A stretch of DNA of 32,000 bases. Origin: Edaphobacter aggregans. Lineage in GTDB: Bacteria > Acidobacteriota > Terriglobia > Terriglobales > Acidobacteriaceae. Every line of letters starts with the position of its first letter. Positions within the stretch are counted from its first letter, which is position 1. The position numbers and the translations under genes are program-made. The DNA is taken from assembly GCF_003945235.1 (NCBI RefSeq), contig NZ_RSDW01000001.1, forward strand, positions 1,320,001 through 1,352,000. The letters are read 5' to 3'. The notes under the pieces are model-generated. The model did no database searches. It was not told the DNA's origin and saw only the letters and a program-made list of their open reading frames with translations. Positions 1 to 8,755 of the stretch are shown here, piece after piece.

Positions 1-15
1 TGACAGACGTAGTCA

Positions 16-1824
16 TCATTTGAGACGACCGATCCATGATCCGTAGGGCGGCAGGGTGATTTCGGAGAGAGCGGTCACATTCTGAAGCGATGCGTCACTC
101 GTGAGCAGTGTTTGTGCAGATTTCCCCAAAGTCTTAGCGTACGTCTGATCGACAAAAAGAGGTTGCGGCTGGCCGGTGCAATTGAGCGAGACGAGAATGG
201 ACGGCTGCCCAGCGGCATCTTGGCGAATGAACGACAGCACAGAAGGGTTGTTTACGTCGACCATAACCATTTTGCCGTTACGCAGGGCTGGGTCTTTTCT
301 ACGCAAAGCGATTAATTGCTTGTGCCAGTTGAGCAGTGAATTCGGCTCATGCTCTTCCGCCTTGACGCTGGTCGCGCGATAGCTTGCAGGAACGGGCAGC
401 CAGGTTGTGTCGGCGGTACTAAAACCCGCGTTCTTCGAATCATCCCACTGCATAGGAGTGCGTTCTCCGTCGCGGCCTTTCTCCAGAGGCCAGCCCGTGA
501 CGCCAATGGGATCCTTCACGTCCTCTACGCGTGTCGGTGGAGTAGTGACCATTCCTATCTCCTCGCCGTAGTACATCAGCGCGGTAGAACGCGAGGTAAA
601 CAGAAGGGCAGCAATGAGTTTAGCGATGGCCTCGTTATGCACGCCATCACCGTAACGGTCCCAACTACGGATGTTGTCATGATTGTCGAAGACGAAGAGC
701 GGTTGATTGCCGCTGATCTTTGTCTCCGCATCGCTGATTCGCTGACGAAGAAGGTTGGCGTCGAGTTGATTAGTGAAGCCTACTTGCATGTCCATGGGAA
801 GTTGGAGCTCGTCGTGCTTTGCTCCGCCGTACCACTTGTCGAGTTCCTGTATGTTTGGCAAATAGGTCTCACCGATCAGCACACGATCGCCAGGGTATTG
901 ATCAGCTAAGGCGCGAAGACGGCGCATGACATCGTGCACCTCTGGCAGGTTGTCGTACATGTCATGCTCTTGCTTGCGATCGCCATAGGCGTTGGTGCCT
1001 TCTATCTCCTTGGCATCGCGAAGAGCTGGATCTTCGAAGAGCGTGGGGATTGCGTCGAACCGGAAACCTGCTACGCCTCTGTCGAGCCAGAAACGGACGG
1101 AGTCGAACATGGCTTTTTCTACGGCAGGATTGCGCCAGTTTAGATCGGGCTGTTGGGCGTAGAAGCGGTGGTAGTAGTACTGGCCTGTCTTTGGATCGTA
1201 CTGCCATGCTGAGTGCCCGAATTCACTGATCCAGTTATTGGGCGGATTGTTCGGCGGAGTTCCTCCAGCTTTTCCATCGCGCCACACGTACCAGTCACGT
1301 TTTGGATTATCTTTCGAGCTTGCCGATTCAATGAACCACTTGTGTTTATCGGAGGTGTGGTTCATCACCATATCCATAAGGATTCGGATATTTCGTTTCT
1401 TGGCCTCGGCTACAAGCCTGTCGAAATCGGCGAGCGTACCGTACTGCGAGTCAATATTCTCGTAGTCGGAGATGTCGTAACCAAAATCGACTTGCGGAGA
1501 GGGATAGATGGGCGAGAGCCAGATGGCGTCGACGCCGAGAGACTGCAAATAGTCGAGACGCTGGGTGATTCCGTTGAGATCGCCGATTCCGTCGCCGTCT
1601 GAGTCCTGAAAACTACGCGGATATATCTCATAGAAAACGGCGTGTTTCCACCAGGGATCATTGCTATGCTGCACCCCGTTGTTTGCATGCGCGTCTGTAG
1701 CGCCATGTGGGGGTGCCTGTGCCGATGCGAGATTCCAGGCCCCGGAGATAACCAAGAGCGCGAGCGAGGCGAGGGACATCCGGATCATCTGAGAGCGGGT
1801 GGAGGTACTTGTAATAGCGGTCAA
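16..1824 (-). CDS. Exported GH13 alpha-glucosidase (oligo-1,6-glucosidase / trehalose-6-P-hydrolase-like subgroup)
   Basis: ORF 16..1866. All four GH13 conserved regions are readable: DMVMNHTS, GFRFDAIP (nucleophile Asp), LIGETY (acid/base Glu), FDNHDNIRS. The QPDLNW motif is typical of the oligo-1,6-glucosidase subgroup. Signal peptide MIRMSLASLALLVISGAWNLASAQA. Start is ambiguous: an in-frame TTG at 1824 lies 6 nt downstream of AGGAGG (1831-1836, minus strand); ATG alternatives are at 1866 and 1788. Confidence 0.88.
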   Translation of the reverse strand: MTAITSTSTRSQMIRMSLASLALLVISGAWNLASAQAPPHGATDAHANNGVQHSNDPWWKHAVFYEIYPRSFQDSDGDGIGDLNGITQRLDYLQSLGVDAIWLSPIYPSPQVDFGYDISDYENIDSQYGTLADFDRLVAEAKKRNIRILMDMVMNHTSDKHKWFIESASSKDNPKRDWYVWRDGKAGGTPPNNPPNNWISEFGHSAWQYDPKTGQYYYHRFYAQQPDLNWRNPAVEKAMFDSVRFWLDRGVAGFRFDAIPTLFEDPALRDAKEIEGTNAYGDRKQEHDMYDNLPEVHDVMRRLRALADQYPGDRVLIGETYLPNIQELDKWYGGAKHDELQLPMDMQVGFTNQLDANLLRQRISDAETKISGNQPLFVFDNHDNIRSWDRYGDGVHNEAIAKLIAALLFTSRSTALMYYGEEIGMVTTPPTRVEDVKDPIGVTGWPLEKGRDGERTPMQWDDSKNAGFSTADTTWLPVPASYRATSVKAEEHEPNSLLNWHKQLIALRRKDPALRNGKMVMVDVNNPSVLSFIRQDAAGQPSILVSLNCTGQPQPLFVDQTYAKTLGKSAQTLLTSDASLQNVTALSEITLPPYGSWIGRLK

Positions 1825-1916
1825 GACTTGCCTCCTGCGATGCGGGAACAATATAGCACTGCCCATCAGATGGTTACTCCGATCTTAGCTCTGATGCGAT
1901 CGATTTGTGAGTTGCG

Positions 1917-3245
1917 TTAGTCGAGACCAAGCTTGTGCTGAAGCTGTTCGAGCGAGACGCCTTTTGTTTCGGGATAGATAAAGAGCACGACAAAAAATTG
2001 TAGAACCATCATCGCAGCAAAGAAGGCGAACGGGAGACCGCCGGAAGACTTGGCCAGCACAGGGAAGACAAGGGAGATGATGGCGTTTGTGATCCAGTGG
2101 GATGACGAGCCAAGGCTCTGCCCTTTGGCGCGAACACGGTTGGGGAAGACCTCAGCGATATAAACCCAGATGACCGCTCCCTGAGAGATGGCAAAAAAAA
2201 CGATATACGCAGCTAGCAGCCAAACGAGTGCGTCGAGATGACTGTGTGTGAAGAAGATGGCGGCGACTCCCGAGAGGCAAACCGCCATGCCGATACTACC
2301 AATAAGCAGAAGCGTCCTGCGTCCGAGTTTGTCGATGAGTGACATGCCCAAAAACGTCGCCAACAAATTCATCAAGCCGATCAAAACAGTCTGCAGTGCG
2401 CCGGAGAGTTGGCTAAACCCTGCAGCAGCGAAGATGTAGTTCGAATAGTAGAGAATCGCATTGATCCCTGAGAGTTGATTGAAAAGGCCGATCGTGATGG
2501 CGAGGAAGATAGGCAAGCGATATTGCCGCTGGAAAAGTGGCTCTGCTGCCATGCCGCGTTCCAGATGAATGGAATCCATGATCTCGCGCAACTCAGCTTC
2601 GGAGTCTGGCGATCCCATCATCTTCAGTACTTCGAGCGCTTCGTCTGTCTTGTTCTGCGTTACCAGCCAGCGCGAGCTTCGCGGGATGCCATAGAGCATC
2701 AAGAGGAATAGGAGCGATGGAATCGCTGCAACACCGAGTTGCCAGCGCCACTGGGCAACGCCGAGGTTCAAAAGTGAGATGAGATAGTTGGAGAGGTAAG
2801 CGAGAAGGATTCCGACAACGACATTGATCTGAAAGAGACCGACCATTCTGCCACGCCACTTCGCAGGAGCAAGTTCGGCGATGTAGACCGGACCGAGTAC
2901 GGAGGATCCTCCAATACCTAAACCGCCGATGAAGCGGAAGACCATCAACGCAGGCCAGTCCCACGAGAACGCGCAGCCCAACGCGGAGATTGTATAGAGA
3001 ATCGCCATGATGCGCAGAGCTTCGCGACCTCCGATTTTTTGGCCAACAACACCTGCAGTCATCGCGCCGATGACTGTGCCGAAGAGTCCGATGAAGACGG
3101 TGAGTCCAAGCGTGAAAGAAGAGAGGTTGAAGATCGTGGTCAACTGTTGCGTCGTGCCGGCGATGACCGCAGTGTCAAAACCGAAGAGTAGACCTCCTAG
3201 AGCGCCTACTATGGTGCTCTTCACCAGGTATGTCGTCATTTTCAT
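1917..3245 (-). CDS. MFS sugar porter (sugar:H+ symporter family)
   Basis: ORF 1917..3275. Multi-TM hydrophobic profile. Sugar-porter signatures: GFDTAVIAG near the N-terminus, GRREALR and GRRTLLL loops, PRSSRWL (PESPR-like), C-terminal YPETKG. Start placed at ATG 3245 (GGAGAG 9 nt upstream); 3275 is the longest-ORF alternative. Confidence 0.9.
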   Translation of the reverse strand: MKMTTYLVKSTIVGALGGLLFGFDTAVIAGTTQQLTTIFNLSSFTLGLTVFIGLFGTVIGAMTAGVVGQKIGGREALRIMAILYTISALGCAFSWDWPALMVFRFIGGLGIGGSSVLGPVYIAELAPAKWRGRMVGLFQINVVVGILLAYLSNYLISLLNLGVAQWRWQLGVAAIPSLLFLLMLYGIPRSSRWLVTQNKTDEALEVLKMMGSPDSEAELREIMDSIHLERGMAAEPLFQRQYRLPIFLAITIGLFNQLSGINAILYYSNYIFAAAGFSQLSGALQTVLIGLMNLLATFLGMSLIDKLGRRTLLLIGSIGMAVCLSGVAAIFFTHSHLDALVWLLAAYIVFFAISQGAVIWVYIAEVFPNRVRAKGQSLGSSSHWITNAIISLVFPVLAKSSGGLPFAFFAAMMVLQFFVVLFIYPETKGVSLEQLQHKLGLD

Positions 3246-3326
3246 CGTGACAGGCTCTCCATTGTGACAACGCACGAAGCATACATTGCCGAGGCAGCGT
3301 TACCCTAGAAACAAGTTGGCGACGTT

Positions 3327-4520
3327 CTAATTAACCCTTGCGCGCGATAGGTGGATGCCGCAGGAATTACGAACTACGGTATGGGTCTGCAATAGGACGT
3401 CGCGCGTGGGGAGATCGGGTTTTTCAAGCCGTTGCAACATTGTCGCCATTGCAGTTTCGCCAATGTCCGCGCAGTTCTGGTGCTGTGTCGTTAGAGGTAC
3501 GGGAAGCAGGCTGGCGTACTTAACGTCATCAATGCCGACGATACGCATCTCTTCCGGTACGCGGATGCTCATTTTCGTTAGCCCAGCCATGACTCGAGCA
3601 GCCGTGAAGTCGTTGGCACAAACGAGTGCGTCAGGCTTGCAGTTTCTCATCATCTTCCGGAGGAAATCGAGATCGTCCGGATCGCCTCGGCAAACCAGGT
3701 CCTGTCCCAGAGTAAGACCGTGTGCAATTAATGCTTCGCGGTAACCGGCTATTCTCGCCATAACGGTTGAAGCTGAGAGAGGTCTGGCGATAAATGCGAC
3801 CCGTTTAACGTCATGACGGAGCAGATGTTGTGTAACGAGAAAACCCGCCCGACGATTGTCGATTCCTACCAAGTCGTACTTGGACCGCATAGGATACGGC
3901 GCATAGCACCTGTCAAGCAGCACGACCTTAATGCCGGCCCGATCGAATGCAGCGACGATGCGATTGTTGACGGCATCTTTTGCGGGTGTGAATTCGAGGG
4001 GTGCGAAGAAAACGCCGGAGACTTTTTGTGTGACGTATTGATGACAAAGGTGCTCGGCCTCTTTCTCTTGCTGGGCCGCCTCTCCCATGGAGTGACCCCA
4101 AAGCAGGGAGTGCGGCTTTGACAATGGCGATTGCATCATGCCGTGGCAGATGGGTTCAAATATTTCTGTTCGCCCTAGGTCTGGAATGAGCAGGCCGAAG
4201 ACGTGTCCGCTTGATACGGCTGGAGCGACTACATGTGTTCCGGAGCCGGCTCGCCGCGATACTAGCCCTTTTTGCTGAAGTTCGTTGACAGCCTTTGCTA
4301 CGGTGATGCGAGAGGTGTTGTAGTGCTTTCCCAGTTCGGCTTCGCTAGGCAGCCGATCACCTGGTTGAAATGCACCAGTCCTAATCGCGGAAAGCAGATC
4401 CTCATAGACTTTTTTGTACTTGGGTGCATTGGAAGACGACACAGACACCTTCAAGTGATGGCCTTCGAGGGTGGATTCTCGCGGGTATGCTACCGCGCGC
4501 GCAGATTGCCCGGTCTTCAT
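3327..4520 (-). CDS. Transcriptional regulator with GntR-type winged HTH fused to a LacI/PBP1-type sugar-binding domain (AraR-like architecture)
   Basis: N-terminus: KVYEDLLSAIRTGAFQPGDRLPSEAELGKHYNTSRITVAKAVNELQQKGLVSRRAGSGTHV, a GntR HTH. The remainder resembles a LacI-family effector domain (VFGLLIPDL, ALVCANDFTAARVMAGL, RVPEEMRIVGIDD). AGGAG lies 5 nt upstream of ATG 4520. First gene of the regulator-MFS-GH13 co-directional string. Confidence 0.85.
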   Translation of the reverse strand: MKTGQSARAVAYPRESTLEGHHLKVSVSSSNAPKYKKVYEDLLSAIRTGAFQPGDRLPSEAELGKHYNTSRITVAKAVNELQQKGLVSRRAGSGTHVVAPAVSSGHVFGLLIPDLGRTEIFEPICHGMMQSPLSKPHSLLWGHSMGEAAQQEKEAEHLCHQYVTQKVSGVFFAPLEFTPAKDAVNNRIVAAFDRAGIKVVLLDRCYAPYPMRSKYDLVGIDNRRAGFLVTQHLLRHDVKRVAFIARPLSASTVMARIAGYREALIAHGLTLGQDLVCRGDPDDLDFLRKMMRNCKPDALVCANDFTAARVMAGLTKMSIRVPEEMRIVGIDDVKYASLLPVPLTTQHQNCADIGETAMATMLQRLEKPDLPTRDVLLQTHTVVRNSCGIHLSRARVN

Positions 4521-4838
4521 TGAATCTCCTGTCGTGCTGGAGAATAGATAGTTTAGTCAGATCAATGTATAGACAAACAATATCTCCCGCAATGATTCTC
4601 CTGGTTCCGCAAGCAGCAAAAATGGTCAACCTTTTGATTGAGTTCTATCTCAATCGTTGCCAAGCACTAAAAAGAACCTTCCGGTAATTCAGGCAAACAT
4701 GAGATGCATAAAGGTTTGTCTAAAAGGGATATCAAGGCAAGACGCCTAGAGGTTGGACCAAATGAGAGTACTTTGGCAAACACCGAAATGGTATGTCATT
4801 TATCGATCAAATGCCATATAGATAACATACAAAATTTA

Positions 4839-4868
4839 TTGACATATATAGCAATCTCCGCGTACTTT
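4839..4868 (+). promoter_or_regulatory. Candidate sigma70-type promoter for TBDR1 (weak -10)
   Basis: Perfect TTGACA at 4839-4844, 18-nt spacer, TACTTT at 4863-4868 (3/6 to TATAAT). Lies in the AT-rich 508-bp divergent intergenic region. Shares the TTGACATAT string with the TBDR2 promoter. By-eye call only. Confidence 0.25.
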
Positions 4869-5028
4869 CAATGCGGATTTCGAACGGAACGATTTGAGTA
4901 TCTGGGGTGTAGCTCTTAGGTTCGAACATTTGGCTTCAGCCTTTGAAGCTTGCAAGACAAGCGATGTTCGGAATACATCGCTCATGAAAGAAAAAACAGG
5001 CCGAAACATATTTTTGGAGGGATTTGCA

Positions 5029-8000
5029 ATGAGATTCATGACGCAAGTGAAACTATTGCTCTCAGCCGGTTGCTTGCTGGCCCTTTCGCCAGTCGCGCTC
5101 GGCCAGGCAGTTTACGGATCGATCTTCGGCACCGTGACCGATCCAACGGGCGCAGTGGTACCGAACGCGGCTGTCACCGTAACCGACGTCGCGAAAGGCA
5201 CCTCGACCAGCGAAGTATCGAACGGTAGCGGAGAGTTCACCGCGGACCATCTCATTCCCGACATCTACGACGTGAAGGTGACGGCATCGGGGTTCCAGAC
5301 TTTTCTGCAGAAGGGCATCCAGGTGTATGCAGACACCTCGACAAAGATGCAGGTCACTCTTACAACCGGCGCAACGACAGAGACGGTGGAGGTCAATGCC
5401 GATGCGGTTCCGTTGCTAAAGACCGACCGCGCTGATGTGTCGACGGTATTTGGGTCGCGGGAGATTCAGGATCTGCCAAATTCAGGTCGAAACTTCACCG
5501 GTCTGCAGCTGCTGTTACCGGGCGCACAGGAGCTTGGATGGAGCCACGCAGCCAGCGAGAATCCGCAGGGCAGCAAGCAGATCATGGTGGATGGCCAGGT
5601 TTTTGCCGGAGTTGCGTATGGATTGGATGGCACCGATAATCAGGACCCGATTCTCGGAATCATCGTCATCAACCCGAACCTTGACTCACTGTCGGAAGCA
5701 AAGATCACAACACAGAACTTCGACGCTGAGTTCGGCAAGGCGGTTTCATCCGTAGTAACGGCGCAAACAAAGTCAGGCTCGAACAACTTCCACGGTGCAG
5801 CGTGGAACTATCGTCAGAGCGGAGCCAATCTTGCGCAGGATCCATTCACGCAGGGGCCAGGCCGTGCCAGTGTCCCGGGCCAACTGAAGAACCAGTTCGG
5901 AGGTGCAATTGGTGGCCCAATTCTCAAGGACAAGCTGTTCTTCTTTGGCGACTACGAGGGTGTTCGCCAGAAAGTAGGAACCTCAAACGTCCAGACCGTT
6001 CCATCAGCGATGCTGGTGGCGACCTGCTTAGGTCAGCAGGTCGGGCCGAGCGGAATTCCTGGCTGCGACTTCAGCGAATATGCTGCGAATGTGACACCGG
6101 CGGGCACGGGAATTATTTACCAGCCAAATGGGACTCCCTATCCGGGCAACGTCATTCCCGCATCACTAGTATCCCCGCAGGCTAAGGCTTTCCTCGCGCT
6201 CCTGCAGCCTTACAAGCCGAATACGCCTGGCAAGTTCAACGGACTCCAGAACAACTATTCAGGAGCCGGTACAGGTGGCTTTAATAGTGACCAGTGGGGT
6301 GTCCGGGGCGACTTCACGCTGAATGACAAGACCCATGTCTTCGGCCGCTTCAGCCGCTTCACTGACGTACTGACTGGAACCACGATGTTCGGTCCTGCTG
6401 GAGGGTCCGGCTTTGGACTCGGCGGATACGGTGGAACTTCCAACGGGGCCAATGACAGCGCCGCGCTTGGCACCGACATAGTGGTGAACCCGAAGCTGGT
6501 GACTGACATACGCCTCGGCTACTTCCGCTATAACATCGGCACCGTAAAGTACGATCAGAACGTTGAACTCGCCAACCAACTCGGCATACCTGGTATGAAC
6601 ACCGGAACATTTGAGACTGGCGGCGCTCCGAGCTTCCAGTTGGCCGAAGTTGGTTCGGCGACCGGACCTGCACCTGCCAACGCCCAGGCTACGGGACCGC
6701 AGTACGGAGCTGGCCTGAATGTGAACCGCTGCAACTGTCCGCTGACCGAGCGCGAGGACCAGTATCAGATAGTGAATAACTGGACCAAAGTTATCGGCAA
6801 TCACTCGGTCAAATTCGGCGCCGACCTGCGTTATGCACGCAATCTACGTGTACCGAGCGACAATGACCGTACAGGAATTCTTTATTTCAGCAATCAGCCA
6901 ACCTCCAATCCCAATCTCGCGAATGCCGGAGGATTGGGCTTCGCGACCTTTGCACTTGGCGATGTAACCAGCTTCCTGCGCTTCGTCAGTACTTCAACGA
7001 ACGCGAAGGAGTTTCAGAAGCGCATGTTCTTCTACGGACAGGACACGTGGAGAGCTACGCCGAAGCTGACGGTCAACTACGGACTTCGGTACGAGTTCTA
7101 CTTTCCGGAAACGATCAACGGCCCAGGAAACGGCGCACTGCTGGACCTGAATACCGGGTATCTGAACGTAGCCGGCGTGGGTGGCGTTGCCAGCAATATG
7201 AACTGGGGTCGGCAGACCAACACCTGGAGCCCAAGGATCGGTCTTGCCTACCAGGCGCGTCCAACGATGGTGATTCGTGGCGGCTATGGGCGTAGCTTCG
7301 ACATCGGTGTTTTCGGTTCAATCTTTGGACATGCGGCGACGCAGAATCTTCCGACTCTTGCCAGTCAGCAGGTGACGACAACAACCGGAGTGCTGGGTTC
7401 GGCCTTTACGCTGGCTCAAGGGCCACCTGCGCCCACTCCCATTCCGGTTCCTTCCAGCGGTCTGCTGCCGAATCCAGGAGCAGCGGTCAATTCGCGGGCG
7501 CGACCCAATGGCCTGCTTCTGCCGACGATTGATGCCTGGAACGCAAGTCTCCAGCAGTCGTTGACTCCATCGCTCTCGTTAACCATCGCCTACGTGGGTA
7601 ACAAGGGAACACACACTCTTGGTGCGCAGAGCGGCAATACAACGAATCCGAACGAAGGGGCGATCAATTTGCCGGCGCAGTACAGCATCACCGGCCAGCC
7701 GCTGCATTACGATCCATCCGTGCCTTCCGCGACGATTTATCCCGGTGTGCACGCTGTGAATGGTCAGCCTGTCCCGGGTATTTCGCCCGGTGGAGGTACG
7801 CAAAACCTGACTTATCTGCAACGTTATTACGGAGGAAAGCTTCCAGCATGCGCAGACCCCAACTACCATATCTCTGATCCGCTAATTGGACCCGGCCAGT
7901 GCGGTTGGACAAACGGCATCACTTATTATTCCAATAGCTTCAACACTCACTTCAACTCTCTTCAGGTCACGCTCACCAAACAGTTCACGCACGGCCTGTC

Positions 8001-8673
8001 AATGAACGCGAACTATGCGTGGCAGCACGCGGTCAGCTGGGCGACGGGTTTCTCAACTTGGGATATAAACTCAGTCAAAGGAAATGAAGACTTCCTTCGC
8101 AGACAACAGCTCGTCCTCTATGGACTCTACGAACTTCCCTTCGGAAAAAACAAGATGTTCGGCAGCAACGTGAACGGTGCCGTCAACCAGATCATCGGTG
8201 GATGGCAGCTGAGCCCGGTGCTGAACTACTCGAGCGGACTACCGTTTACGCTCTCTTATGGTGAATGCTCGAATAGTGTGCCAAGTTCAGCTCCGTGCTA
8301 TGTCAATGGAGATGCCAAAACATTCCGCTCCCACATTACCGGCTTCCCGGGCAATGGCCTCAGCTTCTTTGATGCCCAGAAACTAGGCACACTCTTTACC
8401 GCACCCGGCCTGGGTCAGATCGGAAGTATAGGAAGGACCAGTGTCTACGGGCCGCATTTCTTCAACATGGACCTTGCTGTACAGAAAAACTTCCCGATTC
8501 ATGAGGTCGCCGCGATTCAATTCCGTATGGACGCATTCAATGTCTTCAATCACATCAACTTCGGCTCACCGAGCGGCAATATCGAACAGGCGGGAGCGAT
8601 CAGCAGCGGAGCTGGCAAAGATGGTTCAGCGAATCCACGGCAGTTGCAGTTCTCGCTGCGCGTACAATTCTGA
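5029..8673 (+). CDS. TonB-dependent outer-membrane receptor with N-terminal carboxypeptidase-regulatory-like domain (TBDR1)
   Basis: ORF 4894..8673. Start placed at ATG 5029 (GGAGGG at 5016-5021). Signal peptide MRFMTQVKLLLSAGCLLALSPVALGQA. CarboxypepD_reg-like segment (GTVTDPTGAVVPNAAVTVTDV...YDVKVTASGFQTF). Plug-like segment (REIQDLPNSGRNFTGLQLLLPGAQ). About 1100 aa of alternating beta-strand-type sequence. OMP-type C-terminal F (LRVQF). Clear paralogue of TBDR2 (e.g. FGGAIGGPILKDKLFFFGDYEG vs FGFSVGGPVLKRKLFFFFNYDK). Confidence 0.85.
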   Translation: MRFMTQVKLLLSAGCLLALSPVALGQAVYGSIFGTVTDPTGAVVPNAAVTVTDVAKGTSTSEVSNGSGEFTADHLIPDIYDVKVTASGFQTFLQKGIQVYADTSTKMQVTLTTGATTETVEVNADAVPLLKTDRADVSTVFGSREIQDLPNSGRNFTGLQLLLPGAQELGWSHAASENPQGSKQIMVDGQVFAGVAYGLDGTDNQDPILGIIVINPNLDSLSEAKITTQNFDAEFGKAVSSVVTAQTKSGSNNFHGAAWNYRQSGANLAQDPFTQGPGRASVPGQLKNQFGGAIGGPILKDKLFFFGDYEGVRQKVGTSNVQTVPSAMLVATCLGQQVGPSGIPGCDFSEYAANVTPAGTGIIYQPNGTPYPGNVIPASLVSPQAKAFLALLQPYKPNTPGKFNGLQNNYSGAGTGGFNSDQWGVRGDFTLNDKTHVFGRFSRFTDVLTGTTMFGPAGGSGFGLGGYGGTSNGANDSAALGTDIVVNPKLVTDIRLGYFRYNIGTVKYDQNVELANQLGIPGMNTGTFETGGAPSFQLAEVGSATGPAPANAQATGPQYGAGLNVNRCNCPLTEREDQYQIVNNWTKVIGNHSVKFGADLRYARNLRVPSDNDRTGILYFSNQPTSNPNLANAGGLGFATFALGDVTSFLRFVSTSTNAKEFQKRMFFYGQDTWRATPKLTVNYGLRYEFYFPETINGPGNGALLDLNTGYLNVAGVGGVASNMNWGRQTNTWSPRIGLAYQARPTMVIRGGYGRSFDIGVFGSIFGHAATQNLPTLASQQVTTTTGVLGSAFTLAQGPPAPTPIPVPSSGLLPNPGAAVNSRARPNGLLLPTIDAWNASLQQSLTPSLSLTIAYVGNKGTHTLGAQSGNTTNPNEGAINLPAQYSITGQPLHYDPSVPSATIYPGVHAVNGQPVPGISPGGGTQNLTYLQRYYGGKLPACADPNYHISDPLIGPGQCGWTNGITYYSNSFNTHFNSLQVTLTKQFTHGLSMNANYAWQHAVSWATGFSTWDINSVKGNEDFLRRQQLVLYGLYELPFGKNKMFGSNVNGAVNQIIGGWQLSPVLNYSSGLPFTLSYGECSNSVPSSAPCYVNGDAKTFRSHITGFPGNGLSFFDAQKLGTLFTAPGLGQIGSIGRTSVYGPHFFNMDLAVQKNFPIHEVAAIQFRMDAFNVFNHINFGSPSGNIEQAGAISSGAGKDGSANPRQLQFSLRVQF

Positions 8674-8695
8674 CGCTGCGATCATGATCAGGGTG

Positions 8696-8727
8696 AAAGG
8701 GGAGCTTCGGCTCCCCTTTTTCTTCTT
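8696..8727 (+). terminator. Intrinsic terminator / attenuating hairpin between TBDR1 and the TPR gene
   Basis: A 10-bp perfect stem, AAAGGGGAGC (8696-8705) paired with GCTCCCCTTT (8710-8719), closed by a TTCG tetraloop and followed by TTCTTCTT. Lies 23 nt after the TBDR1 stop and 29 nt before the TPR start. Confidence 0.7.
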
Positions 8728-8755
8728 CCCATTTACACTCAGGTCTAGGTCGCTG

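Noticed and set aside
1825-1866. HRRRQVL near the start of the longest GH13 ORF as a possible Tat (twin-arginine) signal
   Set aside because: The arginines are separated from the hydrophobic core by about 18 polar residues. They are probably untranslated: they overlap the AGGAGG ribosome-binding site for the TTG start. The signal peptide looks Sec-type.
4579-4713. Idea that the 135 bp separating the two operator half-sites is an inserted miniature mobile element that split an ancestral operator
   Set aside because: Only a 5-bp terminal inverted match (ATCTC/GAGAT) is present. I saw no target-site duplication and no second copy in the window, so the evidence is insufficient.
4704-4919. 71-aa ORF (and neighbouring small ORFs) inside the 508-bp divergent intergenic region
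   Set aside because: AT-rich, with no Shine-Dalgarno sequence and an implausible composition. The region is better explained as promoter, operator and leader sequence.
4960-4982. 8-bp stem hairpin (AGCGATGT / ACATCGCT, 7-nt loop) in the TBDR1 leader
   Set aside because: It is real as sequence, but it has no U-run, does not occlude the ribosome-binding site (5016-5021) and resembles no RNA family I recognise. It is not interpretable without conservation data.
4894-5028. N-terminal 45 codons of the 1259-aa ORF upstream of the TBDR1 signal peptide
   Set aside because: The region is AT-rich intergenic-like sequence. ATG 5029 has a GGAGGG Shine-Dalgarno sequence and immediately starts a canonical signal peptide, so the extension is an open-frame artefact.
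8441-8755. Upstream 105 codons of the 455-aa ORF (TPR1) overlapping the TBDR1 3' end
   Set aside because: It overlaps TBDR1 in another frame and runs through the intrinsic terminator. The signal peptide begins at ATG 8756.
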